Positions 9,229 to 19,146 of a stretch of DNA of 64,000 nucleotides are shown piece after piece. The number at the start of each line of letters is the position of its first letter. The stretch's first letter is position 1. The notes beneath the pieces were generated by a model. It ran no database searches and was not told the DNA's origin. It was given only the letters and a program-made list of their open reading frames with translations. Source of the DNA: Candidatus Methanoperedens sp. (lineage in GTDB: Archaea; Halobacteriota; Methanosarcinia; Methanosarcinales; Methanoperedenaceae); the NCBI GenBank assembly GCA_036567605.1, contig DATCUE010000117.1, positions 482 through 64,481 on the forward strand, read 5' to 3'. Position numbers and translations under genes: made by a program.

Positions 9229-9442
9229 TCTGAGCAACTTCCAGTTCTCTAAATCCTACGAACTTATTCAGTTCTTCCACCTTAGTTTCTTCGAGGCACA
9301 TATCTATGACTTCCTTTATATTCTCCAATGCCTCATCTATTGTTTTGCCGTATGAATGGCAACCTTTGAACACAGGGCAACTTACTATGTAATACCCATC
9401 TTCATCCATTTCAAGGATTATGGGTAGATGTAATTTTTCCAT
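9221..9442 (-). CDS. hicB: HicB-family antitoxin (UPF0150)
   Basis: 73 aa. LEMDEDGYYIVSCPVFKGCHSYGKTIDEALENIKEVI is the canonical HicB/UPF0150 fold signature. Confidence 0.75.
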   Translation of the reverse strand: MEKLHLPIILEMDEDGYYIVSCPVFKGCHSYGKTIDEALENIKEVIDMCLEETKVEELNKFVGFRELEVAQNA

Positions 9443-9511
9443 ATCTGGTGTTTCCTGTTTTAAAGGTGAGCTTCTAATATTAAGATATTTGCATAACCTT
9501 TTTGATATTTT

Positions 9512-10186
9512 TCACTTTATCTCCCCTCTCTCCTTCAAATACCTCACAGCCTCCGCCACCCCCGCCCCATGCTCTTCCACCGTAACCATATCCGCAACTT
9601 CCTTCAACGTAGGATTCGCATTCCCGACCGCCACCCCGAATCCTGAGGCTTTCAGCAACTCGATATCGTTCGGGGAATCGCCCATAGCAACAAAATCTTT
9701 TGTATCAAGGCCCATCAATCCTGCCACACGCCTGAGCCCTGTGCCTTTATTGATTTTTTTGCTCTTGATATGCACGGCAAAGCCTGTATCCACCATCTCA
9801 AGTTCTGGAAACTCCCTCATAAGCTCTTTTGCCCTTTCTACATCAAAATTCCTTCGTAGGCCGATCTCGGTTTTCCTGAGCTCAGGATCTACCCTTTCAA
9901 GGGTGAAATGTTCGTTCAGGAACCTGAAAGCTTCTTCGCATTTATCCATGTAAGCGATATCATATTCAACCCTGCCGCACTCTACCACTCCTCCGTTCTC
10001 TGCTATCACTATGCCTCCTGTCCCTACAAGTTTTGAGACCGCCCTTGCAAAACAGAGGATGTTCCCTGTTGCAATCACAACAGGCGCCTCAAGACCACGC
10101 AGCGCCTCGACTGCCCTGCAGTCAAGACTCCTGTCGCTGTATGTAATCGTCCCGTCTACGTCAACCGCAACTGCCTTAAATTTCAC
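9512..10186 (-). CDS. Phosphoglycolate phosphatase (HAD superfamily, archaeal type)
   Basis: 224 aa. AVDVDGTIT is HAD motif I and MGDSPNDIELL is motif IV. Overall it resembles archaeal PGP. Confidence 0.8.
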   Translation of the reverse strand: MKFKAVAVDVDGTITYSDRSLDCRAVEALRGLEAPVVIATGNILCFARAVSKLVGTGGIVIAENGGVVECGRVEYDIAYMDKCEEAFRFLNEHFTLERVDPELRKTEIGLRRNFDVERAKELMREFPELEMVDTGFAVHIKSKKINKGTGLRRVAGLMGLDTKDFVAMGDSPNDIELLKASGFGVAVGNANPTLKEVADMVTVEEHGAGVAEAVRYLKERGEIK

Positions 10187-10204
10187 ATCCCTATTAGCAA
10201 CATT

Positions 10205-11182
10205 TTAATCCTTAAGCCCTTCCGTCGTGACCGAGAATATGGCCTCACCCTCGGGCAGGTTGGGAGAATCCACAAGCCTTGCAATCCTCTTTTCCCCCTT
10301 GGATTTGCGCAGGTACAGCCTGAAAGTAGCCGTATGCCCCACAATATGACCGCCTATGGGTTTTGTGGGGTCGCCGAAGAAGGCATCGGGTTTTGCCATC
10401 ACCTGGTTGGTCACAAGTATGGCCGCATTGAACAGGGTTCCGAACTTCATCAGTTCGTGCATATGCTTGTTAAGCTTCTGCTGCCTGTCCGCAAGCGTGC
10501 CGCGCCCGACATACTCGGCCCTGAAATGCGCTGTAAGGGAATCGACTATCAGGAGACGCACCGGCTTGTCAGTGTCTTTTAATTTATTCGCAAGGTCATT
10601 GGCAGTATCCACAAGCAGTATCTGATGATTTGAATTGTACGCTTTTGCCACATGGATGTTTTTCAGGAACTCCTCGGGGTCGTAATCTGCACCCTTTCTC
10701 GCAGAAAGTCCTTTTACCATCTGGGTGATCCTCTCAGGCCTGAAGGTGTTTTCCGTGTCTATGATTATCACAGAACCGTCAAGTCCCCCATCGGCGGTCG
10801 GCAGTTGTGCGTTCACTGCCATCTGGTGGCCCACCTGCGTCTTTCCTGAGCCGAACTCTCCGTAGAACTCTGTTATTGCCTGGGTCTCGATACCCCCGCC
10901 CATTAAGTCGTCGAAGGCTTTCGTGCCGAAACTGAGCTTGCCGACAAGCTTTCGCCGCTCAAGCACCATGTCGCCTGTCTCGAACCCTCCCACATCCGCA
11001 GCCTGGCGCGCGGCGTTGATTATCTTCTGCGCCGTAGATTCCCCGATATCCGCTATGCTTGCAAGCTCGGACGATGACGACACTGCAATGGCCTCAACGG
11101 AACCATAGCCTGCTTCTTTCAGTTTCTCTGCTGTTGCGGGCCCTACGCCCGGCAAATCCTCAAGTCCTTTTCTTTCTGCCAT
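10205..11182 (-). CDS. radA: DNA repair and recombination protein RadA
   Basis: 325 aa. N-terminal HhH ([15 protein letters not shown]), Walker [10 protein letters not shown], then a typical RadA core. Confidence 0.97.
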   Translation of the reverse strand: MAERKGLEDLPGVGPATAEKLKEAGYGSVEAIAVSSSSELASIADIGESTAQKIINAARQAADVGGFETGDMVLERRKLVGKLSFGTKAFDDLMGGGIETQAITEFYGEFGSGKTQVGHQMAVNAQLPTADGGLDGSVIIIDTENTFRPERITQMVKGLSARKGADYDPEEFLKNIHVAKAYNSNHQILLVDTANDLANKLKDTDKPVRLLIVDSLTAHFRAEYVGRGTLADRQQKLNKHMHELMKFGTLFNAAILVTNQVMAKPDAFFGDPTKPIGGHIVGHTATFRLYLRKSKGEKRIARLVDSPNLPEGEAIFSVTTEGLKD

Positions 11183-11253
11183 GTTGTTTTCTCCAGTGCA
11201 CGTTTTAATATTTGCTGGTGCACAATTTATTGTATTTCAGGCTGTATAATGTT

Positions 11254-11856
11254 TTAAATCTTCCCAGAGCGGGGTGAAAGTAATATTTTATGTGCCAGCC
11301 CCAAAAAATTCTCGATTATCCTCAATCCCTGCGGCGTGAGCACCGACTCCGGATGGAATTGCAGCCCGAATATCGGTTTTTGCTTATGCTTGACCCCCAT
11401 TATGATACCCTCGCTCGTTCTTGCCGTAACTTCAAGATCGCCGGGCAGTTTCGCTATGGCAAGGGAATGATACCGTCCTCCGACAAGCGGGTTTGGCAGT
11501 CCAGTATATATGCTGTTGCCGTTGTGGGTTATGAGCGCCGTTTTCCCGTGCACGGGGCCGGAAGGCGAATGGTTCACCTTGCCCCCGAAAGCAACTGCTA
11601 TTGCCTGGTGGCCGAGGCATACGCCGAGCAGGGGGACCTCCGATTTCCTGATGATTTCAAGACAGTTTCCTATATCCCCGGCGTTTGCGGGATGCCCGGG
11701 GCCGGGTGATATTACTATTGCGTCCGGGCAAATTTTTTCGACTTCACCAGGTGAAATGGTATTGGGAACCACAATCGTGTCAGGCTCGAAAATGGAAACA
11801 TAATCCACAAGATTCCACACAAAAGAATCCTTGTTATTCACGAATAATACTTTCAT
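11254..11856 (-). CDS. trpG: Anthranilate synthase component II (glutamine amidotransferase)
   Basis: 200 aa. LGVCLGHQAI carries the catalytic Cys and FHPES the His/Glu. Overlaps the trpE stop by 4 nt. Confidence 0.9.
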   Translation of the reverse strand: MKVLFVNNKDSFVWNLVDYVSIFEPDTIVVPNTISPGEVEKICPDAIVISPGPGHPANAGDIGNCLEIIRKSEVPLLGVCLGHQAIAVAFGGKVNHSPSGPVHGKTALITHNGNSIYTGLPNPLVGGRYHSLAIAKLPGDLEVTARTSEGIIMGVKHKQKPIFGLQFHPESVLTPQGLRIIENFLGLAHKILLSPRSGKI

Positions 11857-13373
11857 GTTCCTCCGATAGCCTTTATCATTGCCGCCATCTTGCGTTCGGT
11901 CTCGTTATACTCGTACTCAGGATCAGAATCCGCCACTATCCCTGCGCCCGCCTGCACCATCGCAGACCTGCCGTTCTTGATTATCGTCCTTATCACGATA
12001 GCAAAGTCCGCATCCCCGTTCCATGAATAGTAACCCACGCCCCCGCCATATATCCCCCTCGCATCAGATTCAAGCTCATGTATTATCTCCATGGCGCGTA
12101 TTTTGGGGGCGCCTGAGAGCGTTCCTGCCGGGAAGATGGCACGTGTGGCATCGAACTGGTCGCATTCATCCCGCAGGACCCCGGACACGGTGCTCTCGAT
12201 ATGCTGCACATGGGAATATTTAAGCACGGACATGAAATCATCCACTTTTACCGTCCCCCCTTTTGAGACCATCCTCACGTCGTTCCTACCCAAGTCTACC
12301 AGCATCACATGCTCCGCCCGCTCTTTCTCGCTTCCAAGCATCTCTTTTGCGAACATCTCATCTTCCTTTGCGGTCTTTCCGCGCGGGCAGGTTCCGGCGA
12401 TCGGGTTGATGATGGCCCTGCGCTCATGTACCGAAAGCAGGGTCTCCGGGCTTGCACCTATGATACTTGTTCCATCAAACTCAAAAAGGTACATGTAAGG
12501 GCTGGGGTTGACATTGCGGAGCGCTGTATAAAGCTCAAGCGGCGATTGATTAGTGATTATTTCGTACCTGCGTGAAAGCACCACCTGGAAGATGTCACCA
12601 TCGACTATGTGCTTCTTTGCTTTTCTCACGGCATCTTCATATTCTTTTTTTTCCATGTTGCATTTTATTTCGGTAGGTTTGTTCTTATGCGTGGTTACAG
12701 GCTTTGCAGATTTCATCACTGATGCAAGTTTATCGGCATCTGCTTGTGCCTTTCGGTAAACCTTTTCTGCATCATCTCCGTTCAGCACGAACGGCGTAAT
12801 GACTATATATTTATCATCTGTCAGGTGGTCGAACACCACGGTTTTCGTGGTAAGCGCGAACTGGGCGTCAGGAGTGTTGCTTTTTTTTGCCGGGATGTCA
12901 AGCCAGCAGTCGTAAACCATATCATAAGCGCAGAAGCCGATAGCTCCGCCAAGGAATGTCTGCCTGTCAAAACCCTTCCCGATGAATTTCACACCCGAAG
13001 CCGCAAAAGCAGACCTCAGGGCGTCCATGGTGTCAAAACCCTCTTTGATTTTACCCGCCTTTCCATCAAAATCGCACACTTTTGAAAGGGATGAACCGAT
13101 AAACTCTATTAATACCGTCCTCTGCGGATAATCAAGCGTTATCACGCGGTTCCTGACAGTGACAATTGCATCTGGTTCCGCACCGACGAAGGAGAAGCGC
13201 GCATGTTTTTTCTCTTTCTCCACCGACTCAAGAAGGTATGCACATTTTTTATTTAGCGATGCGTACAGGTCAAGAGGCGAGCATGCAGTTTTCACTTTTG
13301 CCATCAACTGGATTATTACCGGCTTTTCCTCTACAAGCCTTTTGAATTCCGTTTCACTTATATCAAATTTCAT
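11853..13373 (-). CDS. trpE: Anthranilate synthase component I
   Basis: 506 aa from MKFDISETEF. The start overlaps the trpF stop (ATGCATGAAATTTGA). Chorismate-binding core motifs: GDIFQVVLSRR, PSPYMY, GAGIVADSDPE. Confidence 0.93.
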   Translation of the reverse strand: MKFDISETEFKRLVEEKPVIIQLMAKVKTACSPLDLYASLNKKCAYLLESVEKEKKHARFSFVGAEPDAIVTVRNRVITLDYPQRTVLIEFIGSSLSKVCDFDGKAGKIKEGFDTMDALRSAFAASGVKFIGKGFDRQTFLGGAIGFCAYDMVYDCWLDIPAKKSNTPDAQFALTTKTVVFDHLTDDKYIVITPFVLNGDDAEKVYRKAQADADKLASVMKSAKPVTTHKNKPTEIKCNMEKKEYEDAVRKAKKHIVDGDIFQVVLSRRYEIITNQSPLELYTALRNVNPSPYMYLFEFDGTSIIGASPETLLSVHERRAIINPIAGTCPRGKTAKEDEMFAKEMLGSEKERAEHVMLVDLGRNDVRMVSKGGTVKVDDFMSVLKYSHVQHIESTVSGVLRDECDQFDATRAIFPAGTLSGAPKIRAMEIIHELESDARGIYGGGVGYYSWNGDADFAIVIRTIIKNGRSAMVQAGAGIVADSDPEYEYNETERKMAAMIKAIGGT

Positions 13374-14013
13374 GCATCCTCGCATTGATGATAAAATCAA
13401 TTACCTTTTTTTCGTCTTTTTTCCCATCGGTCTCAACGCCAGAAGCCGTATCTACCGCATATGGACGCACCATTCCTGCGGCTTCCCTGATATTAGCAGG
13501 ATTTAATCCCCCCGCCAGTATAACGGGCATGCCTGCATGCAGGACAATTTCCCTGCTTATTTTCCAGTTGTGGGGGATTCCCGTTCCTCCTGTTTTCTCA
13601 CCTGTGATAGTATCGAGGAGAATCGCATCTGCAATTCCTTTCAGTTCGCTCACTTGCTTTATGAGCAACCCTGGAATGGCATTTTGAGGCACAGGAATAG
13701 TCTTAATGAGTTTTACACCTGTACTTTTGATTTGCTTCAGTTCCGAAATCGGAAGGGAATTATGCACCTGGACAGCATCGGGTTTTGCTGCATCAATCAT
13801 ACCTGCCGCATGGTCCGCGTTTTCGGGCATTATGACAAGTACTGACGTAACAAGAATAGGTACTTTTGAAATTAATCTTGACGCCTGACCGAGAGTTATT
13901 TTCCTCGGGGATTCCACCGGCACATCCGTGATAAAACCCACAGCATCTGCGCCTGCTTTTAATGCAATTCCCAGGTCGCGTTCGGTCTTGATCCCGCATA
14001 TTTTTACTTTCAT
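13363..14013 (-). CDS. trpF: Phosphoribosylanthranilate isomerase
   Basis: 216 aa, MKVKICGIKTERDLGIALKAGADAVGFI, typical TrpF. Confidence 0.9.
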   Translation of the reverse strand: MKVKICGIKTERDLGIALKAGADAVGFITDVPVESPRKITLGQASRLISKVPILVTSVLVIMPENADHAAGMIDAAKPDAVQVHNSLPISELKQIKSTGVKLIKTIPVPQNAIPGLLIKQVSELKGIADAILLDTITGEKTGGTGIPHNWKISREIVLHAGMPVILAGGLNPANIREAAGMVRPYAVDTASGVETDGKKDEKKVIDFIINARMHEI

Positions 14014-14023
14014 TCGTGCCTTC

Positions 14024-14722
14024 TCAATTAAAACCTGATTTATCTATCAGTATCATTTCATTTCCGTTTTTCATGAACTCATAACCCACTTTTCTTATGG
14101 ATATTTGCAGGTGGTTAAAATCCTTGTCACGCATTAAACAGTCTGCATATTTCGATTTTTTCCCTCTTAGATTCACGATTGGAAAAATACGGATTTCTTT
14201 TGATGTAATTCTTATAAGTTCCTGGATGACCTTCCTGTGAAAATCGTAATTCATAAGGTCTTCGTAAAGGAACAAAAAATGCGAGACCAGGGAAACTGTA
14301 AACTGGTTCTCTTTGAAATCTGTCGAGGGATATTCGGCTGGTATATATCTTTTTGTTCCATAGGTTTTGAAATCTTCAATAAATAATTTGTATGCCTTTT
14401 CTCTATGGTTTTTCAGAGCCGCCACATCTTTGAAAAAAGTCCATAAATATAAATCAACAAGATCAGGAAGTTGTTTTATCACAGTCTCAAGGTCCCGCCT
14501 GCATTTTCGTTCTATTTCAAGAGGTCTGAATGTGTAAATCCTATCCGAAGCCGTAACATTGTATCCTTTTGCACTGGCTTCGGCGCAGAAAGAACTCACA
14601 CCGGATGCGACATCGAGAATGTGCTCACTCTCAAGCAGATTATCCAGCTCGAACATATTATAATATTCTTCAAATGTCCGTCCTGTCAAAACAACATTTT
14701 TAAGGTTCAACTGTCTGTCCAT
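14024..14722 (-). CDS. Class I SAM-dependent methyltransferase embedded in the trp operon
   Basis: 232 aa from MDRQLNLKN. Motif I is ILDVASGVSSF. It lies 16 nt after the trpD stop and 10 nt before the trpF start. Visibly more AT-rich than its neighbours. Confidence 0.7.
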   Translation of the reverse strand: MDRQLNLKNVVLTGRTFEEYYNMFELDNLLESEHILDVASGVSSFCAEASAKGYNVTASDRIYTFRPLEIERKCRRDLETVIKQLPDLVDLYLWTFFKDVAALKNHREKAYKLFIEDFKTYGTKRYIPAEYPSTDFKENQFTVSLVSHFLFLYEDLMNYDFHRKVIQELIRITSKEIRIFPIVNLRGKKSKYADCLMRDKDFNHLQISIRKVGYEFMKNGNEMILIDKSGFN

Positions 14723-14738
14723 GTATTGCGAATTCAAA

Positions 14739-15767
14739 CTACAGGAACCGTGCAAGCTTTTCAGGGTCGCCCGCGGTTCTCACGAAATCTTTTAATTTAT
14801 CCAGGGCTGCACCGCTGTCGATGGAATGGTTTGCCATCTTTATTCCTGAGATCAGGTTTTCCGCCCTGCCGCCGACCAGAAGCGCTGCACCCGCATTGAT
14901 CGCGATAATATCGCGTTTTGCCCCATTCTTCCCTTTCAATACATCAACAATATCCCGGGCATTTTCTTCCGGGCTGCCGCCTGATACATCACCAATCGAA
15001 GCCCGTTTGATTCCCAGCTTCTCAGGTGTAACGCTGTATTTTTTTATCCTGCCGCCGTCCAGTTCAGCGATCTGTGTTTCTCCAGTATTTGATATCTCAT
15101 CCATACCATTTCCATGGACTACAAGTGCCCTCTTTGTCCCCAGGATGGAAAGAACGTTTGCCATGGGCTCGCACAGGGAACCATCGAAAACACCTATCAC
15201 CTGCGCTTTTGCGCCGGCCGGGTTTGTCAGGGGGCCAAGTATATTGAATACAGTCCTGAAGCCCAGGTCTCGCCTTACCTGCGCCACCCTTTTCATCGAG
15301 GGATGAAATACCGGTGCAAGCATGAAACCGATGCCGACGCTTTCGATGGTCTTTTCCACCTGTTCGGGCGGTGAATCTATTCTTATTCCAAGTTCTCGCA
15401 GTACGTCGGCGCTTCCCGACTTTGAAGTGATCGAATAGTTACCGTGCTTTGCAACCGGGACTTTGCATGACGCGGCAATGATAGCTGCCCCTGTACTCAC
15501 GTTAATTGTGCCTGTTGAGTCCCCTCCTGTGCCGCAGGTATCTACAAGTGTTCCGCTGACTTTCGGGTTTATGATGTTTGCGGCTTTCTTCATGCCGCGC
15601 GCAAGCCCCGCGATCTCAGCGGGTGTTTCGCCTTTCATCTTCAATGCTGTCAGGAAGGCGGCAATCTGCACATCGGTCGCCTCGATGAAAATTTTTGATA
15701 TTGCGTTTTCAGCATCTTCTGCCGCAAGGTTTTGGTTCCGGACGAGTTTCTGGATATATTCTTTCAT
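14739..15767 (-). CDS. trpD: Anthranilate phosphoribosyltransferase
   Basis: 342 aa. DTCGTGGDSTGTINVST and KHGNYSITSKSGSADV are typical TrpD motifs. Confidence 0.93.
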   Translation of the reverse strand: MKEYIQKLVRNQNLAAEDAENAISKIFIEATDVQIAAFLTALKMKGETPAEIAGLARGMKKAANIINPKVSGTLVDTCGTGGDSTGTINVSTGAAIIAASCKVPVAKHGNYSITSKSGSADVLRELGIRIDSPPEQVEKTIESVGIGFMLAPVFHPSMKRVAQVRRDLGFRTVFNILGPLTNPAGAKAQVIGVFDGSLCEPMANVLSILGTKRALVVHGNGMDEISNTGETQIAELDGGRIKKYSVTPEKLGIKRASIGDVSGGSPEENARDIVDVLKGKNGAKRDIIAINAGAALLVGGRAENLISGIKMANHSIDSGAALDKLKDFVRTAGDPEKLARFL

Positions 15768-15776
15768 AATTATCAG

Positions 15777-15819
15777 TGTACATTTTTGTACATCAATGTA
15801 TAAAGGAGTACATTGTATA
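15777..15819. promoter_or_regulatory. Array of TGTACA-like boxes with 10-bp phasing plus TATA-like element upstream of trpD
   Basis: TGTACA at 15777 and 15787, TGTATA at 15797, AGTACA at 15807, TGTATA at 15814 merging into TGTATATAAAAG. They lie between the trpD start (15767) and the divergent gene (15867). Confidence 0.4.
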
Positions 15820-15866
15820 TAAAAGTTACGTGATGCTTTAATATAATAGAGGCAATAGGGGGGTAC

Positions 15867-16760
15867 ATGAAACAGCAGACTGCATTCAAAATACTCGCCG
15901 CATTCATGATATTTACAATGGTATTCTCGGTATTTGCCTATATGTTCCGGGGACCTTTAGACGAGACCGAGAAAAACCAGGAATCATCTCCCCAACAGGA
16001 GAAATATAATCCAGAGCTCTGGAATCTCCACCCGGATATGCCTTTCTATTCGATCTCGGATGCCTTGAATATGACACCCGTAGGCGCGGAGAAGGCCAGC
16101 TATCTTGACCTTGAAGGCATGCCCCCGCAAATGATGCAATGGGCAAAAGGATTTAGAGTTGATATTGTGAATGCTCCGCTTATCGATTTCACGGATTATA
16201 TCTACAAGTCCAATACCACTAAAGTTTACTATGCCGGCTTAAAAAATGAATCTTTTCTGATATTGAGCACCATGTATCCTGAAAAAAACGATTTTGAATA
16301 TATCGTTTATCCAAACACAGGTATCCTCGTAAGACAGGAGCAGGGATTGGAAGGTATGTATAATATAATGGGAACCCCCGTAATTTTCGCTCCCCCGCAA
16401 ACAGCAATCGATGTATTTAATATAATCACAAGCTTAAATAAAACACCTACAGCTTACGACAGATATGAAGGATTACTCGGCAAAGTAGACCCAGCGCCTT
16501 TCCAGGTAGTTAATTCAAACGTAAGTTTTGCAAAACAATTCTATATGGGTGTAAAGCAAACAAATGGGAGCTATGAGAGAACTGCGGCTTACCTTGACGT
16601 GAACTCAAGCACCCTGAAAAAACTTAACCAGTTAAAAGCCAACAGCACAGAAAATGGTTTGGCTGAATTCAATATAACCCGCAGCGGGAACTATACTTTA
16701 GTTAAGGTAGTTTCGCCGGATTTGTCTAAAGTATTGCCCGGCCCTGAAGAAACCTCGTAA
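15867..16760 (+). CDS. Hypothetical membrane-anchored/secreted protein rich in N-glycosylation sequons
   Basis: 297 aa. N-terminal hydrophobic helix FKILAAFMIFTMVFSVFAYMF. About ten N-x-S/T sequons counted by eye. No family recognised. Confidence 0.5.
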   Translation: MKQQTAFKILAAFMIFTMVFSVFAYMFRGPLDETEKNQESSPQQEKYNPELWNLHPDMPFYSISDALNMTPVGAEKASYLDLEGMPPQMMQWAKGFRVDIVNAPLIDFTDYIYKSNTTKVYYAGLKNESFLILSTMYPEKNDFEYIVYPNTGILVRQEQGLEGMYNIMGTPVIFAPPQTAIDVFNIITSLNKTPTAYDRYEGLLGKVDPAPFQVVNSNVSFAKQFYMGVKQTNGSYERTAAYLDVNSSTLKKLNQLKANSTENGLAEFNITRSGNYTLVKVVSPDLSKVLPGPEETS

Positions 16761-16852
16761 GCGCAAAATATATACCTCCCCAAGCTATAGAGAAGCCGAT
16801 ACTTTTAACAAATGAATAATGAAGGAAATTATTCCTGAAGGAGTTAATCAAT

Positions 16853-17224
16853 ATGGCACAACCAATGTACATCAAATTTGAAGTTCCTGCAGAACTGTCC
16901 AACAAGGCATTAGAAGCTCTTGAGATGGCGCGGGATACTGGAAAGATCAAGAAAGGAACGAACGAGACCACAAAAGCGATAGAAAGGGGAATCGCAAAGC
17001 TTGTAATAATAGGCGAGGATGTAAGCCCGCCTGAAATAGTTGCCCATCTGCCCCCCCTGTGCGATGAAAAAAATACGCCTTACATATTTGTCAAGAAACA
17101 GGTAGAACTGGGCGCTGCCGCCGGATTAAGCGTTGGCAGCGGTGCTGCGGCAATAATAGAACCCGGAAAGGGCAAGGAATTAACGGAAGAAGTTGCACAG
17201 AAAGTCCAGACTCTGAAGAAGTGA
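16853..17224 (+). CDS. rpl7ae: 50S ribosomal protein L7Ae
   Basis: 123 aa. [45 protein letters not shown] is canonical L7Ae. Confidence 0.95.
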   Translation: MAQPMYIKFEVPAELSNKALEALEMARDTGKIKKGTNETTKAIERGIAKLVIIGEDVSPPEIVAHLPPLCDEKNTPYIFVKKQVELGAAAGLSVGSGAAAIIEPGKGKELTEEVAQKVQTLKK

Positions 17225-17228
17225 GAAT

Positions 17229-17444
17229 ATGGCAGACGAAGAATCCGGATATCCTGCTGAAGTGATTGAAGTAATTGGAAAGACCGGGATGCACGGGGAA
17301 GCCATGCAGGTACAGTGCAGGATACTTGACGGCAGGGATAAGGGCAGGATCATAACAAGGAATGTGATCGGGCCTGTGAAAAACGGGGATATCCTGATAC
17401 TGCTTGAGACCTCTCGTGAAGCAAAGAAATTAATGTCAAGGTGA
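17229..17444 (+). CDS. rps28e: 30S ribosomal protein S28e
   Basis: 71 aa. [38 protein letters not shown] is canonical eS28. Confidence 0.93.
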   Translation: MADEESGYPAEVIEVIGKTGMHGEAMQVQCRILDGRDKGRIITRNVIGPVKNGDILILLETSREAKKLMSR

Positions 17445-17448
17445 AGTC

Positions 17449-17640
17449 ATGGAAAAAAGGAAATGCTCTTTCTGCGGCGGGGCCATAGAACCAGGCACCG
17501 GGAAGCTGTATGCCAGGAAAGACGGGACTGTGTTTTATTTTTGTTCATCCAAATGCCAGGGTAATTTGGACCTCGGCAGGATACCTCGCAAGGTCAGATG
17601 GACCGAAGCCGGGCGCAAGGCAAGGGGCAAAACGAAATAA
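17449..17640 (+). CDS. rpl24e: 50S ribosomal protein L24e
   Basis: 63 aa. [31 protein letters not shown] is the eL24 zinc ribbon. Confidence 0.93.
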   Translation: MEKRKCSFCGGAIEPGTGKLYARKDGTVFYFCSSKCQGNLDLGRIPRKVRWTEAGRKARGKTK

Positions 17641-17649
17641 GGTGATATT

Positions 17650-18102
17650 TTGGAACGCACCTATGTTATGGTCAAGCCCGACGGTGTCCAGCGCGGGCTG
17701 GTTGGCGAAGTTATAAGGCGTATCGAGCGGCACGGACTTAAAATAATCGCCCTCCGGATGAACATGATATCACGCGAAGTGGCAAAGAAACACTACGTTG
17801 AGCACTCCCAGAAGCCTTTTTTCAATTCGCTGATCGATTTCATAACATCAGGGCCGTCTGTCTCAATGGTTGTTGAGGGAAAAAACGCTGTTTCTGTTAT
17901 GCGCGCAATAAATGGTGCAACAAATCCCGCAAACGCGGCGACTGGAAGCATACGCGGGGACTTTGCGCTTGATACGGGACGCAATGTTGTCCATGCCAGC
18001 GATTCACCAGAATCAGCGGAAAGGGAAATAAGCATCCATTTCAGGGATTCAGAGATAATAACCTACTCGCGGGTAGATGAAACCTGGATATACGAAACAT
18101 AA
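17650..18102 (+). CDS. ndk: Nucleoside diphosphate kinase
   Basis: 150 aa with TTG start. [21 protein letters not shown] and NVVHASDS (active-site His) are present. Confidence 0.95.
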   Translation: MERTYVMVKPDGVQRGLVGEVIRRIERHGLKIIALRMNMISREVAKKHYVEHSQKPFFNSLIDFITSGPSVSMVVEGKNAVSVMRAINGATNPANAATGSIRGDFALDTGRNVVHASDSPESAEREISIHFRDSEIITYSRVDETWIYET

Positions 18103-18104
18103 AT

Positions 18105-18461
18105 TCACATTTCTTCTATTTTCTTAACACTCATCATCGGATAATCATTTTCCTCGTCGTAGGCCAGTTCCGCATATACTATCGTACCTTTATATCGCAC
18201 CTGGAGGCTTACATGAAACATTTTTCCTTCCAGTTCACAGTACCCATATCCGGGATTCTGTCTTTTCTCTACCATTTCCCTGTCTATTGAAACGCTGATG
18301 CTCCTCACATATGGCTGGAGGACAATGCTATCTTCAATAGTCCTTGCGAGATTATCAATCGTATCCATACTGATCGGCGTTCCGACGAACTGGTGATACA
18401 GTGCGCCAAGTTTGATCCCTGCCTCAAAAACCGCCCTGTCACGGTCATTCACTTCTACCAT
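18105..18461 (-). CDS. Putative archaeal dihydroneopterin aldolase (MptD-like, COG2098)
   Basis: 118 aa. FEAGIKLGALYHQFVGTP resembles my recollection of the MptD family. Last gene of the artA-psd-pssA unit, overlapping pssA by 17 nt. Confidence 0.5.
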   Translation of the reverse strand: MVEVNDRDRAVFEAGIKLGALYHQFVGTPISMDTIDNLARTIEDSIVLQPYVRSISVSIDREMVEKRQNPGYGYCELEGKMFHVSLQVRYKGTIVYAELAYDEENDYPMMSVKKIEEM

Positions 18462-19146
18462 AAAACCTCCCTGTTATCGGACTCAGGATATATACAAATG
18501 TAAAAGCAAACAATATCAATGAAATAAGCCTTACAGCCTCATCATATCCCAGGTAAAACACCAGGATATCGAGTAAAAGCAGTATCCCCATAGGCGCAAG
18601 GATGACCGGGTTTTTCAATTTGGGATAACTGATCGTGCTGACCATTAGCACAGATATGAGAACAAGAAACAAGCCAAAAACAGGTTTTACATAAGCATCC
18701 GGGACATAATCCTTTATAAGAAGAAATAACGCCACCATAAAACCGCCTGATGTTATAGGTATTCCCTCAAAACCGTCTTTTTTTCCTGCAACATTGAAAC
18801 GGGCAAGGCGCAGGATGCCGCAAACAAGGAAAAGGCCTGCAAACATTCCTGCAAAAATCCCCGAATCGACCAGGAAAACAAGGGCTGCAACTGCCGGAGC
18901 CGCCCCAAAAGAAATAGCATCTGACAGGGAATCAAGGTTCGCACCGAGAACACCGAATCCTGAGTATCTTGCAACCGCCCCGTCTGCCGCATCTGCTATA
19001 ACGGCAATAAGGATCAACATAAGCGCGCCGTCAAAATTGCCGCGAACAATCATTATTATCGAGGCAAAACCAAGTAATGCATTAATAAGGGTGACAATAT
19101 CAGCAAGTTTAATAAGCTTAAGGATGCTTTCACTCATTGATATCAC
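18445..19146 (-). CDS. pssA: CDP-alcohol phosphatidyltransferase, archaetidylserine synthase type
   Basis: 233 aa, polytopic. ADAADGAVAR...G...DSLSDAISFG corresponds to the D-G-x2-A-R...G-x3-D-x3-D motif. Confidence 0.8.
   Translation of the reverse strand: MISMSESILKLIKLADIVTLINALLGFASIIMIVRGNFDGALMLILIAVIADAADGAVARYSGFGVLGANLDSLSDAISFGAAPAVAALVFLVDSGIFAGMFAGLFLVCGILRLARFNVAGKKDGFEGIPITSGGFMVALFLLIKDYVPDAYVKPVFGLFLVLISVLMVSTISYPKLKNPVILAPMGILLLLDILVFYLGYDEAVRLISLILFAFTFVYILSPITGRFYGRSE

Noticed and set aside
16810-16852. Possible L7Ae-binding K-turn in the rpl7ae leader (duplicated TGAAGGA around a GGAA/TTCC hairpin).
   Set aside because: Tandem G-A pairs can be drawn, but I could not find the complementary C-stem strand. 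The second TGAAGGAG is more simply the Shine-Dalgarno sequence.
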